Below are positions 14,745 through 27,824 of a stretch of DNA of 64,000 nt, in pieces. The notes under the pieces are model-generated. The model made no database searches. It saw only the letters and a list, made by a program, of their open reading frames with translations, and was not told where the DNA came from. Each line of letters starts with the position of its first letter. Within the stretch, counting starts at the first letter, position 1. The position numbers were made by a program, and so were the translations under genes. Origin of the DNA: Catajapyx aquilonaris (taxonomy: Eukaryota); assembly GCA_000934665.2 (NCBI GenBank), contig KZ538095.1, positions 62,001 to 126,000 on the forward strand. The letters are read 5' to 3'.

Positions 14745-15207
14745 GGCCCAATTTAATAGAACCTCTACCATTGGAAATGGTAAGCGTCGTTTGAAGTCGC
14801 TTTGCGTCTCAATTAGCCAATTGGAGCGAGAGGTTGGATCCCGCCATCTTGCCTAGGCGGTACGACATGAATATAGGGACAAATTTGGCCAATTTAAGAG
14901 CGGGTATTAAAATTTGGCTCGTCTGTTGGTTGGACTGATTTGTAGGACGCAACCGGGTGGTAGTACAGAGAGGGAAATACGTATTCAAATTTCAATTTGC
15001 AACTGCAATTGCGGTTTTTGTAATAGGCTTTCATTCAGTTGGGCATTTACCAAGTGCACTGTAACATATTAGGGACTACAGTGATTGGTTAGTTTGGATA
15101 AAAGTCGGGGAGGATTTGACTGAAGCAGTAGTTTTGTGGTCAATTTAATGCGGTTTGTGACGTTGTCCAATTGGATGAGAAGTAATGATAATGAAGGAAA
15201 AGTAAGT
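14745..15207 (+). promoter_or_regulatory. Promoter-like region with possible first-exon splice donor
   Basis: About six CCAAT/ATTGG boxes, a YY1/Pho motif CGCCATCTT (14842-14850), and a donor-like AAA|GTAAGT at 15202-15207 followed by an abrupt switch to AT-rich, intron-like sequence. Confidence 0.35.
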
Positions 15208-18200
15208 CAGTAGGCTACTTATTGCTTCTGTAATAAAATCAGAGACTACCGTATCATGATATTAATTTATTACAACGCATAGATCATAGATTACTTAAAA
15301 ATGTTGAAACCGTTTTATAACTATAGAAAGAGAGAAATGGTTGAAATGATCGGAGACATAAACAAGCAGGGTAATAAATGTCATTTCAATTTATATACTT
15401 AAGAGAAATTCACCACTGGAACAAGTTTGTATTACTTAGTTACACGTGAAATCATTACGTTGGGTAATCTAAAAACCACTGAAACACTATCAATCTAACG
15501 TACCATTTATTTCATTTGATGCAACCTTGATTAGACAAATTAGATAATGCACCCCGCAGCGATGTTTGGGAAGTAATGTCTTTTTTATGCCAGTGAAAGG
15601 TATAGTAAAGTGATAAAGTTTAGAAAGCGTTCTCTAGTTCGCGTATTGTCATTCAAAATTACTCTATAATATACTGAGATACTATCGGTCAATTAGTGAA
15701 AGGTAAATTACAGTTCTTTGTTAATAATGTTAAGTCCTTATATGAATTTGACCTCTCCTGGTGTTTTGGTGCGATATTTCCACAACTGGATCTTATCCTG
15801 AAAGCTAGACTTCCGGGTGAACGTAGAAGATTGATGGTTGGCTGAGAAGAGTAAGGATGAAAGTTTGGCAATGAATGGTGTAAATAAGGTGCAAAAGTTG
15901 GCCTAATATTTTATAGTCACTTGCTGGTCCCATATTTTGCTAAGCTAGTGGACATGTGTAAAAAACGCAAGAAGTTGAATCAAGAGTCCGTCTTTCAAAC
16001 TAATTCACATGCTGATTTGGACAACAGAAAATATAGTCACAATTGCAACTAAAAAGCGGCTTAAAATAAGCAGCTTAGAAAAATTGCTTAACACAATTAA
16101 CATTTCAGACAGAACACCCTGGATACACATCTGACTGTCTCATCTCCCTATAAAGCAGAGAGAAACATATACCGAGGTATACGCCCAGTCATTATTATGC
16201 AATACTTCCCCTAAGGTCGCACATGCGACTATACAAATGGCCAAAATGAAATTACACTTTGTATATACTTTCTCAATTAAAACCTGGCAGAAAAGACCCG
16301 CACAATTTCAGCACCAAGGCCTTGATAAGCATAATTTGCCAAGTAGCCTCCCATGACTTTCAAAGCACGGCAATTAAAACATATTGCAATAACCCCACCC
16401 CCAAGCTCTCAGTTAATGAAAATGCGCCATTCAAATAACTATCGGAGTATATAGGACGTGAAAGTGGTCCTGAAAGCCTCTGAGCCCTGCGACTATATTC
16501 TCTCTTCTCTTTCTCTCTCCAGCCCTTGCTGAATAGCGACCCCGACGATCATAACCACATTCCCTAAATTAATCTGATTAACGCTGCCGGAAGAAAATTT
16601 CAAACAATTAAAGTTGGGAAAATGCATTCCAGTGTACATAGTTACGGGGAGTTATACAGTCAATTTGGTCCAATTATACTTTTCGCCAAACTTTTCAGAT
16701 TATTTGTGAAAGTGAAGGAGTGGGGACAATACCAGGAGAGGATTTGCAGTGCCTGGATTCTTTTTTTAGGATGCTGTGTTGTTTTAGTTTCCTTGTAAGA
16801 TGGAAGACGTTTTGTCTTCTTTTCCAGCCAAAGGAATTTGGCAAGTGGATCATCCTCCTTCCGCCTAGGTTCCGGATTCATTTTTCAACGGCGACCTGCC
16901 TCACCCTTCTCTCTTTTTGTCGTCTTCCCCCGGTGCAAACTGCCACTTCTCCATCGGTCCATGTTTCCCAAATGTTCCTCACCCGTCGATACACCCACCT
17001 TCCTCCTTTGAATATCCTTTTTATGCATGACTTTTATCGCTGAAGCGAACCCAATCTCATCTGGTATAGGGTGGGAGGGTGGGACCATAAAATAGTCCAA
17101 AAAAACCGCCTGCTTCTTCAGTCCAAGACTGACATATATTATTATATCCCCAGCACCCCCTCCCACCCACCCTTCCTTTTATTGGAAATAGAGAAACTTT
17201 TTCATGCATAAAATTACTTCATTATCCGGCACGGATCAATTGTCGAAAAGGAAAAAAAAGGAAAAAAAAATCTAATCAAATTTCGCGGTGGAATTGATAC
17301 GTCGGGGACATTCTTCACTGTCATATTTATTCCTCCCCAGCCTCCCCTAGCTCTGGAAGTGGCTTAACCCCTTAACTTCCAATGAGATTTGGGCATGTGG
17401 AAAAGGGGGGTTGGGTGGTGGGTGAGGGAACTAAAGGGATGAGGGATGGTACCCAGCCCACCATCCGGATGCGCCTAAGCCAAGCGCCGGCAAGAAAATC
17501 GCCTTTCGCTCTAAGCTTCATTTGCTGCCGAATAATTTTATCCCACCCAGCTACCAGAGGGGGTGCTATTTAACGTTATGCTCTTTCCATCAGTGTTATA
17601 AAAGGTGGGGAGGGGAAAGGGTGGTACCCTGCCTTTTCCTAATCCGAGTAAAGTCCATGCCTCCATAAGAACTGGACTTCAAGTCTCCCTGGATTTTCAA
17701 CCGGACTCCTAAAATCTAAAAGGACCAGGGGGGGAGTCGATTTGCATTTTGCAGGATTCAGTCAGTAGGGGGAGAGACTGTTGGAATTGGAAGCGCCAAA
17801 ATCTGACAGATTGTTTTAAAACTACGGGACGACGTAAAGGGATTAGGTTAGACGTCACAAAATCACGTGCTTCATTCTGAGTTCTCGGGACACACACGTG
17901 ACTGACGTGGACTCGTGCTGGACACATGCAATCTCTATGGGCTTATGCAAGGTCTCTGTAAGCCTTGACTCGTAAAGTTACTGCCCTAGTCTGACAGTGC
18001 GTAAGGAACTTTCCGGGTGAGGATTGGAACAATGAATGTACAAGGGGCTGCTGGACCTTTGCTGGACCTTTGCTTGTAGACATTGAATTTGTCAAACAAT
18101 GGCAATTAATGCTGTAAAGTTCATGCCATCTGGTGTTGTGTACCGTATATATAAATAAATAATAACTAATTTAGTGCATCATATTAAATGACATTGTCAT

Positions 18201-18702
18201 GTCAGTATAAAAACAGTGTTTCCATCAACTTGCAAGAGCACTTTACATAAAATGGTCACGAGCAATAAGGCGGAATCAGGGCGTGGGGAACCTTGAGTGT
18301 TGGTTGCATACCAGCCAGGAGGAAACCCAAATTGACCTCGCCTAGCTTACTGCACAGCCTCATTTCACAACGCAAAGGAATCTGAGCTAGAATTAGGCGG
18401 ATGCAATGCGTAGAGATCCAACCTCCTCCACCCACCCCCTCTCTAACTACCCCCACCTCTCATTTATTTCTCTCCTGGCCAGGGCAAATCTGCCGCGGCG
18501 GAGGTTCACATAAACGCTCTCATCCATCTCCGAGAGGCCGCGAATCCTTAAGTAGCTCAATTTGTCAGAAAATGTAATGAAATTTGGGTTATCATGGCGG
18601 AGAGAGAGGGGCGGAATTGGCGGAGAGGGGAGGGGGAGGGATATAGAACCCACCCCCGCCCGACCCCCTTTTGCTGGAACCAGTCTATAGGAAGACTACA
18701 TA

Positions 18703-18887
18703 CAGGGTGATCCAGCAAAGACTGTCGTAACTTTGAGACTTTTTAAAGGACTATGTATGCAGCATATGCACCTGTTAGTGTAAGCATATTTGGAACATAC
18801 GTAATAAATACTGGGGCTAAATTTGAAGCATATGCGAGATGGCATGGTGCTGATGGGTACTTTGGTCGGATTTGCTGAATCGCCCTG
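18703..18887. mobile_element. Tc1/mariner-type MITE (185 bp)
   Basis: Left end CAGGGTGATCCAGCAAA; reverse complement of right end CAGGGCGATTCAGCAAA (15/17 identical). TA on both outer sides (18701-18702, 18888-18889). Confidence 0.75.
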
Positions 18888-19199
18888 TATACACGACGCT
18901 ATAGCATCAGGCACTAAACGGTATTAGCCGCGGCGGTGGAAAATATCGTTAGAGAGTTTGATAAAGTAGGGAATTATGCCGTGATAAAAACCTACCCCTC
19001 CCTCTCCCCACTCCTCCCTCTCGGAGGATAGGAGTATCTGAAGATATTGGCTACATTTATCTGGTCCTTGCTTCAAATTAACTTGGTGTCAGCGTAGGCA
19101 TCAATCATTGCGGGAACCGCGTATCAATCACGAGGGCTCCGCCTTCTCTCCGAAGCTTCATTACCATTACAATAGCCCGACGGAATACCCAAAATGCTA

Positions 19200-19393
19200 T
19201 GACGTCACAGTATCTGTTGAGGGGGGGAGAAAGTCCGGAACGCCGACGCCTTTCTCTTGTCCGAATCCTTGGAAGATTCGGAATTAAATCTGGGGAATCA
19301 CACGATATCAGTAGATAGGATAACTGCCAACAGTGCCAACAATGCTACTGACATTTTAGAACAAAATTATCGATAAGATGGACCTTATCGATA
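19200..19393. promoter_or_regulatory. CRE plus paired DRE motifs
   Basis: TGACGTCA at 19200-19207. TATCGATA at 19368-19375 and 19386-19393 form a 10-bp inverted repeat with a 6-nt spacer. Confidence 0.4.
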
Positions 19394-22300
19394 TGTGCAG
19401 ATGTGTAGGCCTATTTTTTCATTAAATGTGTATAGGTGTGCCAATCTTTTGATCCGAAGACATGGCCCGAATAGTGATGAACCTCTGACCGGAGCGGGGG
19501 TCATCAGCGACCATGGTGATGATGATCATCCTGTTTGTGTGTGTGCTCTCCTTCCTCATCGGCCCAATAGGCAATTAGCGCATTTGGCCCTGTGTAAGCG
19601 GAAGCGCTACAGGCCGTCCAGCAATGAGCCAGAGAAGGTCCTGATGCTGGGGCTGGGGGGAGGGAGAGGGAGAGGGACACGATTTGCAAGCAACAATACC
19701 CGCAACTATGAGGCCCGGATCCGAATGGGGCGGGGGCCTCTCTCTTATTCGGCTGGCAAAACATGCATGCGCGATGGTGGCAGAGGGTTTGTGACTATAG
19801 TCTGAATTCACTTTTACGACGGAACATTCCACGTGTACACATTTCTGTAGTTTGTGTCGCACCCTCTGCATGCAACGCCATCCAGCCATCCAGCCAGCAG
19901 GTTACGAATGCTGGCTGGGAAACAATTTTGTATGCAGCTCCCCATCTCTTTGATTGATAATGGGATTAACAAGAGGGAAATAGGCTTCTACTTTGCCAAT
20001 TAGGTTGTCGTAATTAATGTGGATCCCTGGAAATAATGTTAGCCATTAGGAGGGAGGCAGGGGCCTAATTACGAATGAATACAGCTCATATTATTTTCCA
20101 GGGCGTTGGAGGACTCGCGCGCTGCTCTAACGATTGTGTCTGTCTGTGCAAGTTACCGGAGGCTTGACGAGGTATATGTTATGGCAAACACAAGCCTAGA
20201 GTCTATACAGTGTACGGGCCATGGGGGGGTTGGGGACGCTGCCAAACTCGATGTAGGATTGGTCGGATGCAAAGCTTCAGTTCCGGAGCACTCGCTTGCT
20301 TATGCTCGGATCTGCATGGCCTATACATTGCAAGCCCGCTGCAAATGCCAATGAGCTACACACGGATCTCTCCACACTAAATCAGCTCCAATATGTGTTC
20401 TTGTGACGGGGGGCGGAGGGGTGTACAGGGTGGGTGGGAGAGAGGCAGAGGGGTGGACTTCCACTCGCCAAATTGGGTCACATCGATAGGGTGTGTCAGG
20501 ACTGCCAGAGTCCGTTGACAGTGTATTGGACACTATAGAGTGGGCAGGGTGAGGGGATAAGGTGGCCTATTGTGGACTGTAATCTGTTGGAGGTGCTGCG
20601 GACACAATGTTTGACAAACTAGACTAATATGTTCAAACAATGTGTATACTAGAGTAAAAACCTTAAAATATGCATAATGAACCAACCGCCGTGTAAGACG
20701 TGGCTGACCTTGAAGCGTTTCAGCCAATTGCAACGTCCTACGTGGGGAGCGAGTACTGGCTAACCCAGATGCGTTTCAGCCAATCACCTCCTAAGACCTG
20801 CAGTATAGTGTTAAATAAATTTTGGTCACACCATATAATGCCAGTATTCACATGCAAGGTTGATATGAGATCTGAGTACACAAGCGCGTTAAACTGAGAG
20901 CAAAACAAGACTTTCCGGCGTCTCCCTTCTAGGGCAACTATCGTAATGCAAACAGAAGCATAGTAATGTGATTTGGCACGTTCCTTTTGTTTTCTTGCTT
21001 CCGTGTGGCAGCCTGAGTCATGATAAGTTGGAAAAGTTTGAACCCCAAGCTCCGGTTCAGCCGCCTCTTTGGCGGAAATTGGCGTTTCCCGCGACAGAGT
21101 GATTTATTTAGCATGGAAGGTTAATCATGGCTCTTTGTCTTAATCAAATCTTCCACAACAATCAGGAGGGCATGATCCAATTTTGCACTCGGGCGGGGGC
21201 AGAGGGAGGATTGTTGACTCTAGAAAATTTTCAGAGATGCTGCAAGTTTGAGACATGTTTCAGCCTCCAGTCGCCCTTTCATAGCCAAGCGCTGCGATTC
21301 TAAGTTATTCGACAGGGTTTACTTACGTTCTTCTAAGTTATTCCGTCAAATTGCGTCATGATGTTATGGGAGAAAGTCACACGTTAAGAGAAGGGTTTGG
21401 GTTTGCGTTACGTGGCAATGATCACACCTTTCGCTCGTAAAACTGAATATTTTAAAGTTAATAAGCATATAAATACCTATTGTCCTCTAATTTATTTTTG
21501 GTGACTAAGAAACCTTTCGAAATTTTGATTACAATTAAAATCCTTCGTTCCCTCCTTATGATTTCAGTTTCACATTTGTACATAGGAGTAAACGTGTTAA
21601 GTATTTACCTTTTTTTGCCAATTAGGGCGTGTGGAAACACTTTGTTAATTTTGTAATGGTACGGTACGCTTATAAGGTATTGCATCTCTAATGTGGTAAT
21701 AAAAACTACCAAACGTTTCCAAAATTGGCTTCTATAAAAATTTAACTGCCTGCCTGAAATTTTAGCACATTGCTTAATTTTGAACGGATTTTCCTGATAT
21801 ATGTACGAGGCACTTTGGACTGTGGGACGTTCCTCGGACTTTACAGCGTGTAACGAGAGGAGTGGTCACAACCGTCCGTAATTTATGAGAAACCCTTGAA
21901 GACATTCGGACACGTGCTGCTGTTGCGTACTCCACTTACAATAAGTTGGTTCCCCTGGATCGCTTTCCTGGCCCATGGAAACAGCTCGTGGAGTTGTATT
22001 GTTTCAAAATGCTTGCGTAAAATCGTAAAAGATTCATTTGATGGCGAGAGGTTGTAGGGAGTCCTCTTTAGCCTTTCCTAACAACATTCGTTGATTATGG
22101 AGCTTGTTGCGGGCAGCCCTTTCTGGCTCTGCTGAATACTACATGCGACGCAGCCACCTGGATGGAGCACACTGCATAAAGTGCCCCTGTGACCTTTTTT
22201 TCCACATTTTGTTCCAACTCCACGCTTGCCACAAAGAAAGCTGTGGTTTGCGGGTCCGGTCACGCCCCAGAAGTGCTTTCATTTCACTCAGAATTATATA

Positions 22301-22714
22301 TAACTTGTCTCTACTACAGGTGAAAAAAAGCTCCAAATTTTTGGTAGGTGAAAAAGGGCAAGTATAATTATTGTAATTAGATGCAGGATTGTAAGTGACC
22401 CCAGTGGAGTCGAGGGGGGGAGAGGGGGGTAGAATCTCACCTGCTGCCACCCCCGCAAATCCCCCGCTCCCCACCCCGGCCTGGCTCACCCCTTCTCCGT
22501 CCGCGGGCAGCGTTTTTATTATGCATGGCAAGGCAGGAGCGTCCATCCGGCTCCATTGATCCCTTCATCCTCTCAAATCAAGTAATTAAATTAACAAAGC
22601 CCCGCCAGGACCGCCTCCATCCCTGCCTGATAGATTCCTGGCCGGAAAAGCCACGCTGCACCAAACTTTAAGCCATATTGCTGCCATTTTGTGTTCGGAA
22701 AATGTGGGGGGCCA

Positions 22715-22757
22715 AAGATGGCGGCCGTTAAGTCTGAGGCGTCACTCCAGAGGGCGC
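22715..22757 (+). promoter_or_regulatory. Adjacent YY1/Pho and CTCF-like motifs
   Basis: AAGATGGCGGC at 22715-22725; ACTCCAGAGGGCGC at 22744-22757. Confidence 0.4.
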
Positions 22758-23685
22758 AGTCGGCGTATCCACGTATCGGATGGCATCCATGATCCTTACA
22801 GTTATATTTATGTACCCTCGAGGACTGGTTGGATCCTCGATGCATATGTGAAGCCAAAGATCCTTATATGTCAAAAAGCTAACTTCACACTTCATTGAAT
22901 TGTGCAAACATAATTTTGAGTCTCCGGATCTCTTTTTGTGACATTGGAAGTCGATTTTGATTTAAAATATCCACTCTTTTTTTTGGAAGGGGGCAGAAGG
23001 GGCAGCGGGAGAAGCTGCTGGGGGTGGGGGTGGTCCACTGGGAGGCTCTCCATGAAAAAACCATGGGATAATAGAATTTCTGGGCGTGATTATACGCTCC
23101 AGCTGCTCGGGGACATGCCCCACCGACCAAGGATCAGGTGAAACGTGTAATTTTATCTTGGGAGCCCCCGCGGATGTTTCCTGTCACAAGCCATGCGCCG
23201 CCGCAGCCGCCCTTTTATTTCTCACACGTTTCCTCCAAATGATCCCATGTTCGGACCTATCTCCACATCTGGTCACCTTGTCATCGCCAAAAAACTATTC
23301 TTCCGCGTCTATAAATGCGAAATCATCACTTCATGGGAGCAGTCACCTGAACCTCGCGGAGGTGTTAACCCATCCTAGTGGTCACCTTGCGAATTCTGGG
23401 TTTTTAAAAATGCTTATAAGCACGACACACTGCATTGATTTTGTGTGGGGGTGCCCTTGCGTGATGCGGGGGTCGTCATTTATGAGCTTGGCGTGTGTGT
23501 ATGTGTGTTAATTAATAACTGGGGGCCTGACGTTATCTGATGGGAGCCGTGATTTTTCACGCTTGGGTACAATATTGCAGATTTCAGGCCCATTCGCATG
23601 ACATGCGAGTCCAGGGCGTGTAAGAAACTTGAAAAAGCTCGCGACCTGACAACATATTAATGGGCTCTGCACGAGCAGGCATATA

Positions 23686-24034
23686 CAGGGTGCTCCAACA
23701 AAACTAGGGAACATGCTTATACCAGGAAAATAAGTGGCACCATATGTGATATTATTGCAGTAAATTGTAAAAATTACATATTTGAATGATTTTATTTGAA
23801 AAATATATTGTGGATTTGGTTTTTTAAAAAGAGAGTGTACGTGCCATCGAATGCGTATTTTCAGGCGAATAATTTGATGATAGTATAGTTCGTGTGCTTT
23901 TTTGAAATTTTCTGAAATATATGAATTTGTTTTAAAAAAATGAAACCACAAGGACTTCTATGGACTATCTCACAGGGGGGCCCAATGTCAATCTTTTGGC
24001 AGCCTTCAGTCGTCTCCTTTATAGGCCCACCCTG
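23686..24034. mobile_element. Degenerate Tc1/mariner-type MITE (349 bp)
   Basis: TA-CAGGGTG ... CACCCTG-TA termini. AT-rich interior with an imperfect internal inverted repeat (tgtggatttggttttttaaaa near 23819 / ttttaaaaaaatgaaaccaca near 23930). Confidence 0.6.
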
Positions 24035-24799
24035 TATATATTCCAAGTTCTGGCACACCTCGAAACGGGTTGTCACTCTTCGGTTCCATCTGGAATCCCA
24101 GCAATAAAACTGTCATAACGCAGCTTCCCGTCTCATTAAACGCCCACCGGCTTATCCCAAGAGTGATGAAGTATTGAAAAATTACCAGGGCAAACATTAT
24201 GACACGGCAGTTTAGGAAGAGCTCGGGGTGTGTGTTATGAAGGGGGGCGGCTAATCTGGGCCCGAGCTGTAGATGTGTATGCTTAATGGGTGGCGTGAGA
24301 AATGAGTCCGCTGACAGATTCGCATCCTTGTGAAATATCCATGTCTCCTCCTGTGCTGTGTCATCGCGACTATTCATCATGCCAGCTGTGATTGGGGGAC
24401 GGTCCTTTTGTCTGCTGGGTGGCACCGGACCCGGAGACCACCCAATGCTTCTCATTTAAATTGTTTATTAGGTGTTTGAAGAACTGGGATTCATATAGAG
24501 TGCAAATAGTGACATGTGCAAAGGCGATGGCGTCATATGTCAAAAAGTCAAATTGTTCATTTAAAGTATAAATGGTCATGCTACAATCTGAAACCTACCT
24601 ATTTATCATACTCTTAAATAACAATTACCTCAAAATACATCGTACACGTTCCGCCCATTGCGTTTACTTTCACTTGTCCATTGTACAGATGAAAAATAAT
24701 ACTATTTATATACTGCATTCTGAGTGGAAATTCCTTCCCCTTATCCACTTGTTCGTACAGTACAAGTGGATAATAACAAATGGAAGATTCATTTGTCCA

Positions 24800-24963
24800 A
24801 AACCTTTTTTGACATAATGTATGAGGGTTATTTTCCGGCTCTTTACGCATCGTGCGTGTGCTTCAACAACTGTTTTGTATAGTATCTGTTTGTAAATGGG
24901 TGGTAAAATGTATAATTTTTTTTCTGCATGAGTAGTCTGACAAACTTGACAGGATCTAACCAT
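24800..24963 (-). mobile_element. Possible frameshifted zinc-finger relic of a transposon (THAP-like, or LTR integrase CxxC)
   Basis: Three minus-strand frames give successive fragments: MVRSCQVCQTTHAEKK, TFYHPFTNRYYTKQLLKH and NNPHTLCQKRF. Their order resembles THAP C..C..FP..W..LCxxHF. VRSCQVCQ also resembles the Gypsy integrase zinc-finger half. Confidence 0.25.
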
Positions 24964-26246
24964 CTGTAAGTAGTTTTCGAGTCAAACTTATCATAGGGCG
25001 GAATCAGGCCGAAAATTCCGCAGAAAATATCGTTCTGGTCTGTCAAATCACAGTACAAATGATCACATCAGCATTTTAAAGCAAGGTTCGGCAGTGATCT
25101 ATGTAACCCTTTTTGTTCGGGTGATGGACAGGATTTGAATAATTCCAGGCCTCATGTCACAGAGCCTTGGGGGGAAGAGCGGGAAATAATTGTAATTATT
25201 TCTTGCATGTCCATAGCACGGAAATGTCATTCAGACCATTTGGCCCCTGTTTAGACAGCTGGCAGATGACCTTTCACGTATATCGGTCGCAATTACCCCC
25301 CGATATATGGCATGCTCAAAAAACCCACACAATTACCAAACCACAGTCATCTTCCTTTACTATGACAGCTTGTCAGGTCTAATAACACGGAGTTTAACAA
25401 TAATGGGACTCCTTTTGATGGCTACAAAATGCTATATTCCCCTCAAATCGGGTGTGCAAACAAGGAAGTTTCTGGTTGCATCACCAGAAAAACATTCGCC
25501 TATAACAATCGTTCCGACAGGTTACGTACCGGAGGTAAGTGTCTGTTGCATGAATGTAAATCAAACTGTCCATGTTGCATATTAAAAGGAAGCTGGTTGT
25601 TTTAAATCAGTTATTAACTTCTGATAAAATCTGAATTTGATGCATCAGAGTTGGAGGTGTAACGACTGGCCTTCACATACCTCCCTCCCATCAGAACCGA
25701 AATGGACAGGTCTGATGTGATGAAATACTCGTACCGGTATATAATTTTAACAACTAGGTACTTCTGAGAAAATAAATAAGAAAATCCATCTTCCTTTCCA
25801 AGAGGTCTAACCTAGCCTAACCAGAACCCGGTCGTAACCAAAGAGCAATGCCGATTGAGACAGACTAGAGGAGGTCTAGCCCAGAGTCTAATTTGAGTTG
25901 TCCAGGCGGACAGCAAAGTCCCTCTGTCGCAGTGTTCCAGCAGCTCTCTCCGGGACTGAGTGGAGGAGGGGAGGGAGAAGGGTGGTAGCCTCATACAAAA
26001 GCTATACTTGGCCAATATCTCTCCTTCTTCCTGTCTATTTCTAATCTTGGTAAAGAGCCGAGTAGCCAAAGAGGAGGGTGGTGGCCGAGCCGGGCCATCA
26101 ATCTTGTTTATGTGGGCTACAAACTGTGTAAATGGCGGGGAGCAGGAAGGGCCGGCCATTCGGGAGAAGATAGACTCTGCTGCGGGGAAAAAGAGGGGGG
26201 GTGGGGGGTACAAAAGGGGGAGGTTTGCAACCAGGCCTATAGAAAC

Positions 26247-26403
26247 NNNNNNNNNNNNNNNNNNNNNNNNNNNNNNNNNNNNNNNNNNNNNNNNNNNNNN
26301 NNNNNNNNNNNNNNNNNNNNNNNNNNNNNNNNNNNNNNNNNNNNNNNNNNNNNNNNNNNNNNNNNNNNNNNNNNNNNNNNNNNNNNNNNNNNNNNNNNNN
26401 NNN
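26247..26403. other. Assembly gap (157 N)
   Basis: N run flanked by G/C homopolymer-rich sequence. Confidence 0.99.
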
Positions 26404-26464
26404 TCCCCCCCCCCCCTTTCCATTCCACCTCCCACCCCATCCCATTCGACCATTCCAGACCAGT

Positions 26465-26491
26465 AGCAGCAGCAGCAGCAGCAGCAGCAGC
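26465..26491 (+). repeat. (AGC)9 microsatellite
   Basis: Perfect run just after the assembly gap. Confidence 0.95.
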
Positions 26492-27824
26492 GTCTTGGCC
26501 AAATCTCATTTATATCGGGGATCTCCTCGGGCCATTACCAGCCTCCCGTTTCATACATTCTTAACCATCCTGACAAAAGCAGACGCGGTAATAGCCATTG
26601 GGATTGGCCCATTGTTCTCCATCTTTGCCCGGCGTGCTCAGGACCAGTCATGATGCCTCATTCCGTCCCATAAGTTTCTCAAAAAAAAAAAAAGGAAAAG
26701 AAAAGAAGAAAAAGAACACAGGAGGTGGACCAGTGCTATGCGTGCGCTGGGAGTCTCAGGGGGCGCTTTAGGCCTCACTCAGACCTCTTTCTTCTGACAT
26801 CATTCCCCTGCACTAACTAGCAGGTCTCACTCCGGATTATACCCATTGTTAGGGACGACACACGGCACTTTCGATTTGTGTTTGGCCGACACTGTATAGG
26901 GTTAGGGGCCATGCTTTTAGATCAGTTTAGGATGGAGCATGAATTGGATGCGATTCGTGTTGGCTCTATTGTACAAGGAGGAGTGTCACGTGATCCTTCT
27001 GATTTCAATGGGGACTTTCATATAGCACTTGACTACTATGTTTGCTTGCTGAAAATGCATTATTCAAAGTACTTATATACCTGCATCTGCGATTGATAAC
27101 CAGCTAAAGGGGTCAAATTGTAGACCTCTGGACAAACATTTTTCACCGCCTGCTTATGAAGCATTTTAAGGATATCTTTACAATTAGAATGTTAAAAAGG
27201 TCGACAATGAATTTAAATATTAATAGTGGAAGTCCTTTTAAATTGTTTGAACGGGTTTTTTTTCCAAAGGGCTTCATTTGAGATCAGAGATCCACAATGG
27301 AGTCATTGCATTTGATTTGTTGTAAATTAATTTGACATAATGATGCTGTTACAAAGTTTCTGATTATTATTTCAAAAGTGTCTCTAGACTGTATGTAATA
27401 TATGGGGGTAAATATATGAACAACTCTTACATACTGTAGTGTATGAAAAATCAGATAACTTATACTGTATTAGTTTTGTGAGTACTATATCAGCCTACCT
27501 GGCGATTTGCCGCGAGTTTCCCTTCACCCTGTACAGGCTACTTGATACATTTTCTTTTGGGTGCTGACACGACGACGCAGTGACAACGATGACGGTGAAC
27601 ATCTCAATTGAAATATTGCCTTATACTGTACATATAACTCCACGTGCGGTGTATGCATTAATATTTAAAATACAGACAAGTATTTGAAACGTCCATAAAT
27701 CCGCCACCGAAAATTTGAATTGTCGGTCTAGACATCACTATCATTAGCACTGCATAATCCGAAAGATTAGGTAAAAGTTTATGCAAAAAAATCATCTTAG
27801 GATTTTATTTTCATTTTGTTTCAG

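Noticed and set aside
21298..21343. 13-bp direct repeat TTCTAAGTTATTC around a 20-nt spacer
   Set aside because: Only two copies. It is a local duplication, not a CRISPR-like array or a recognisable element.
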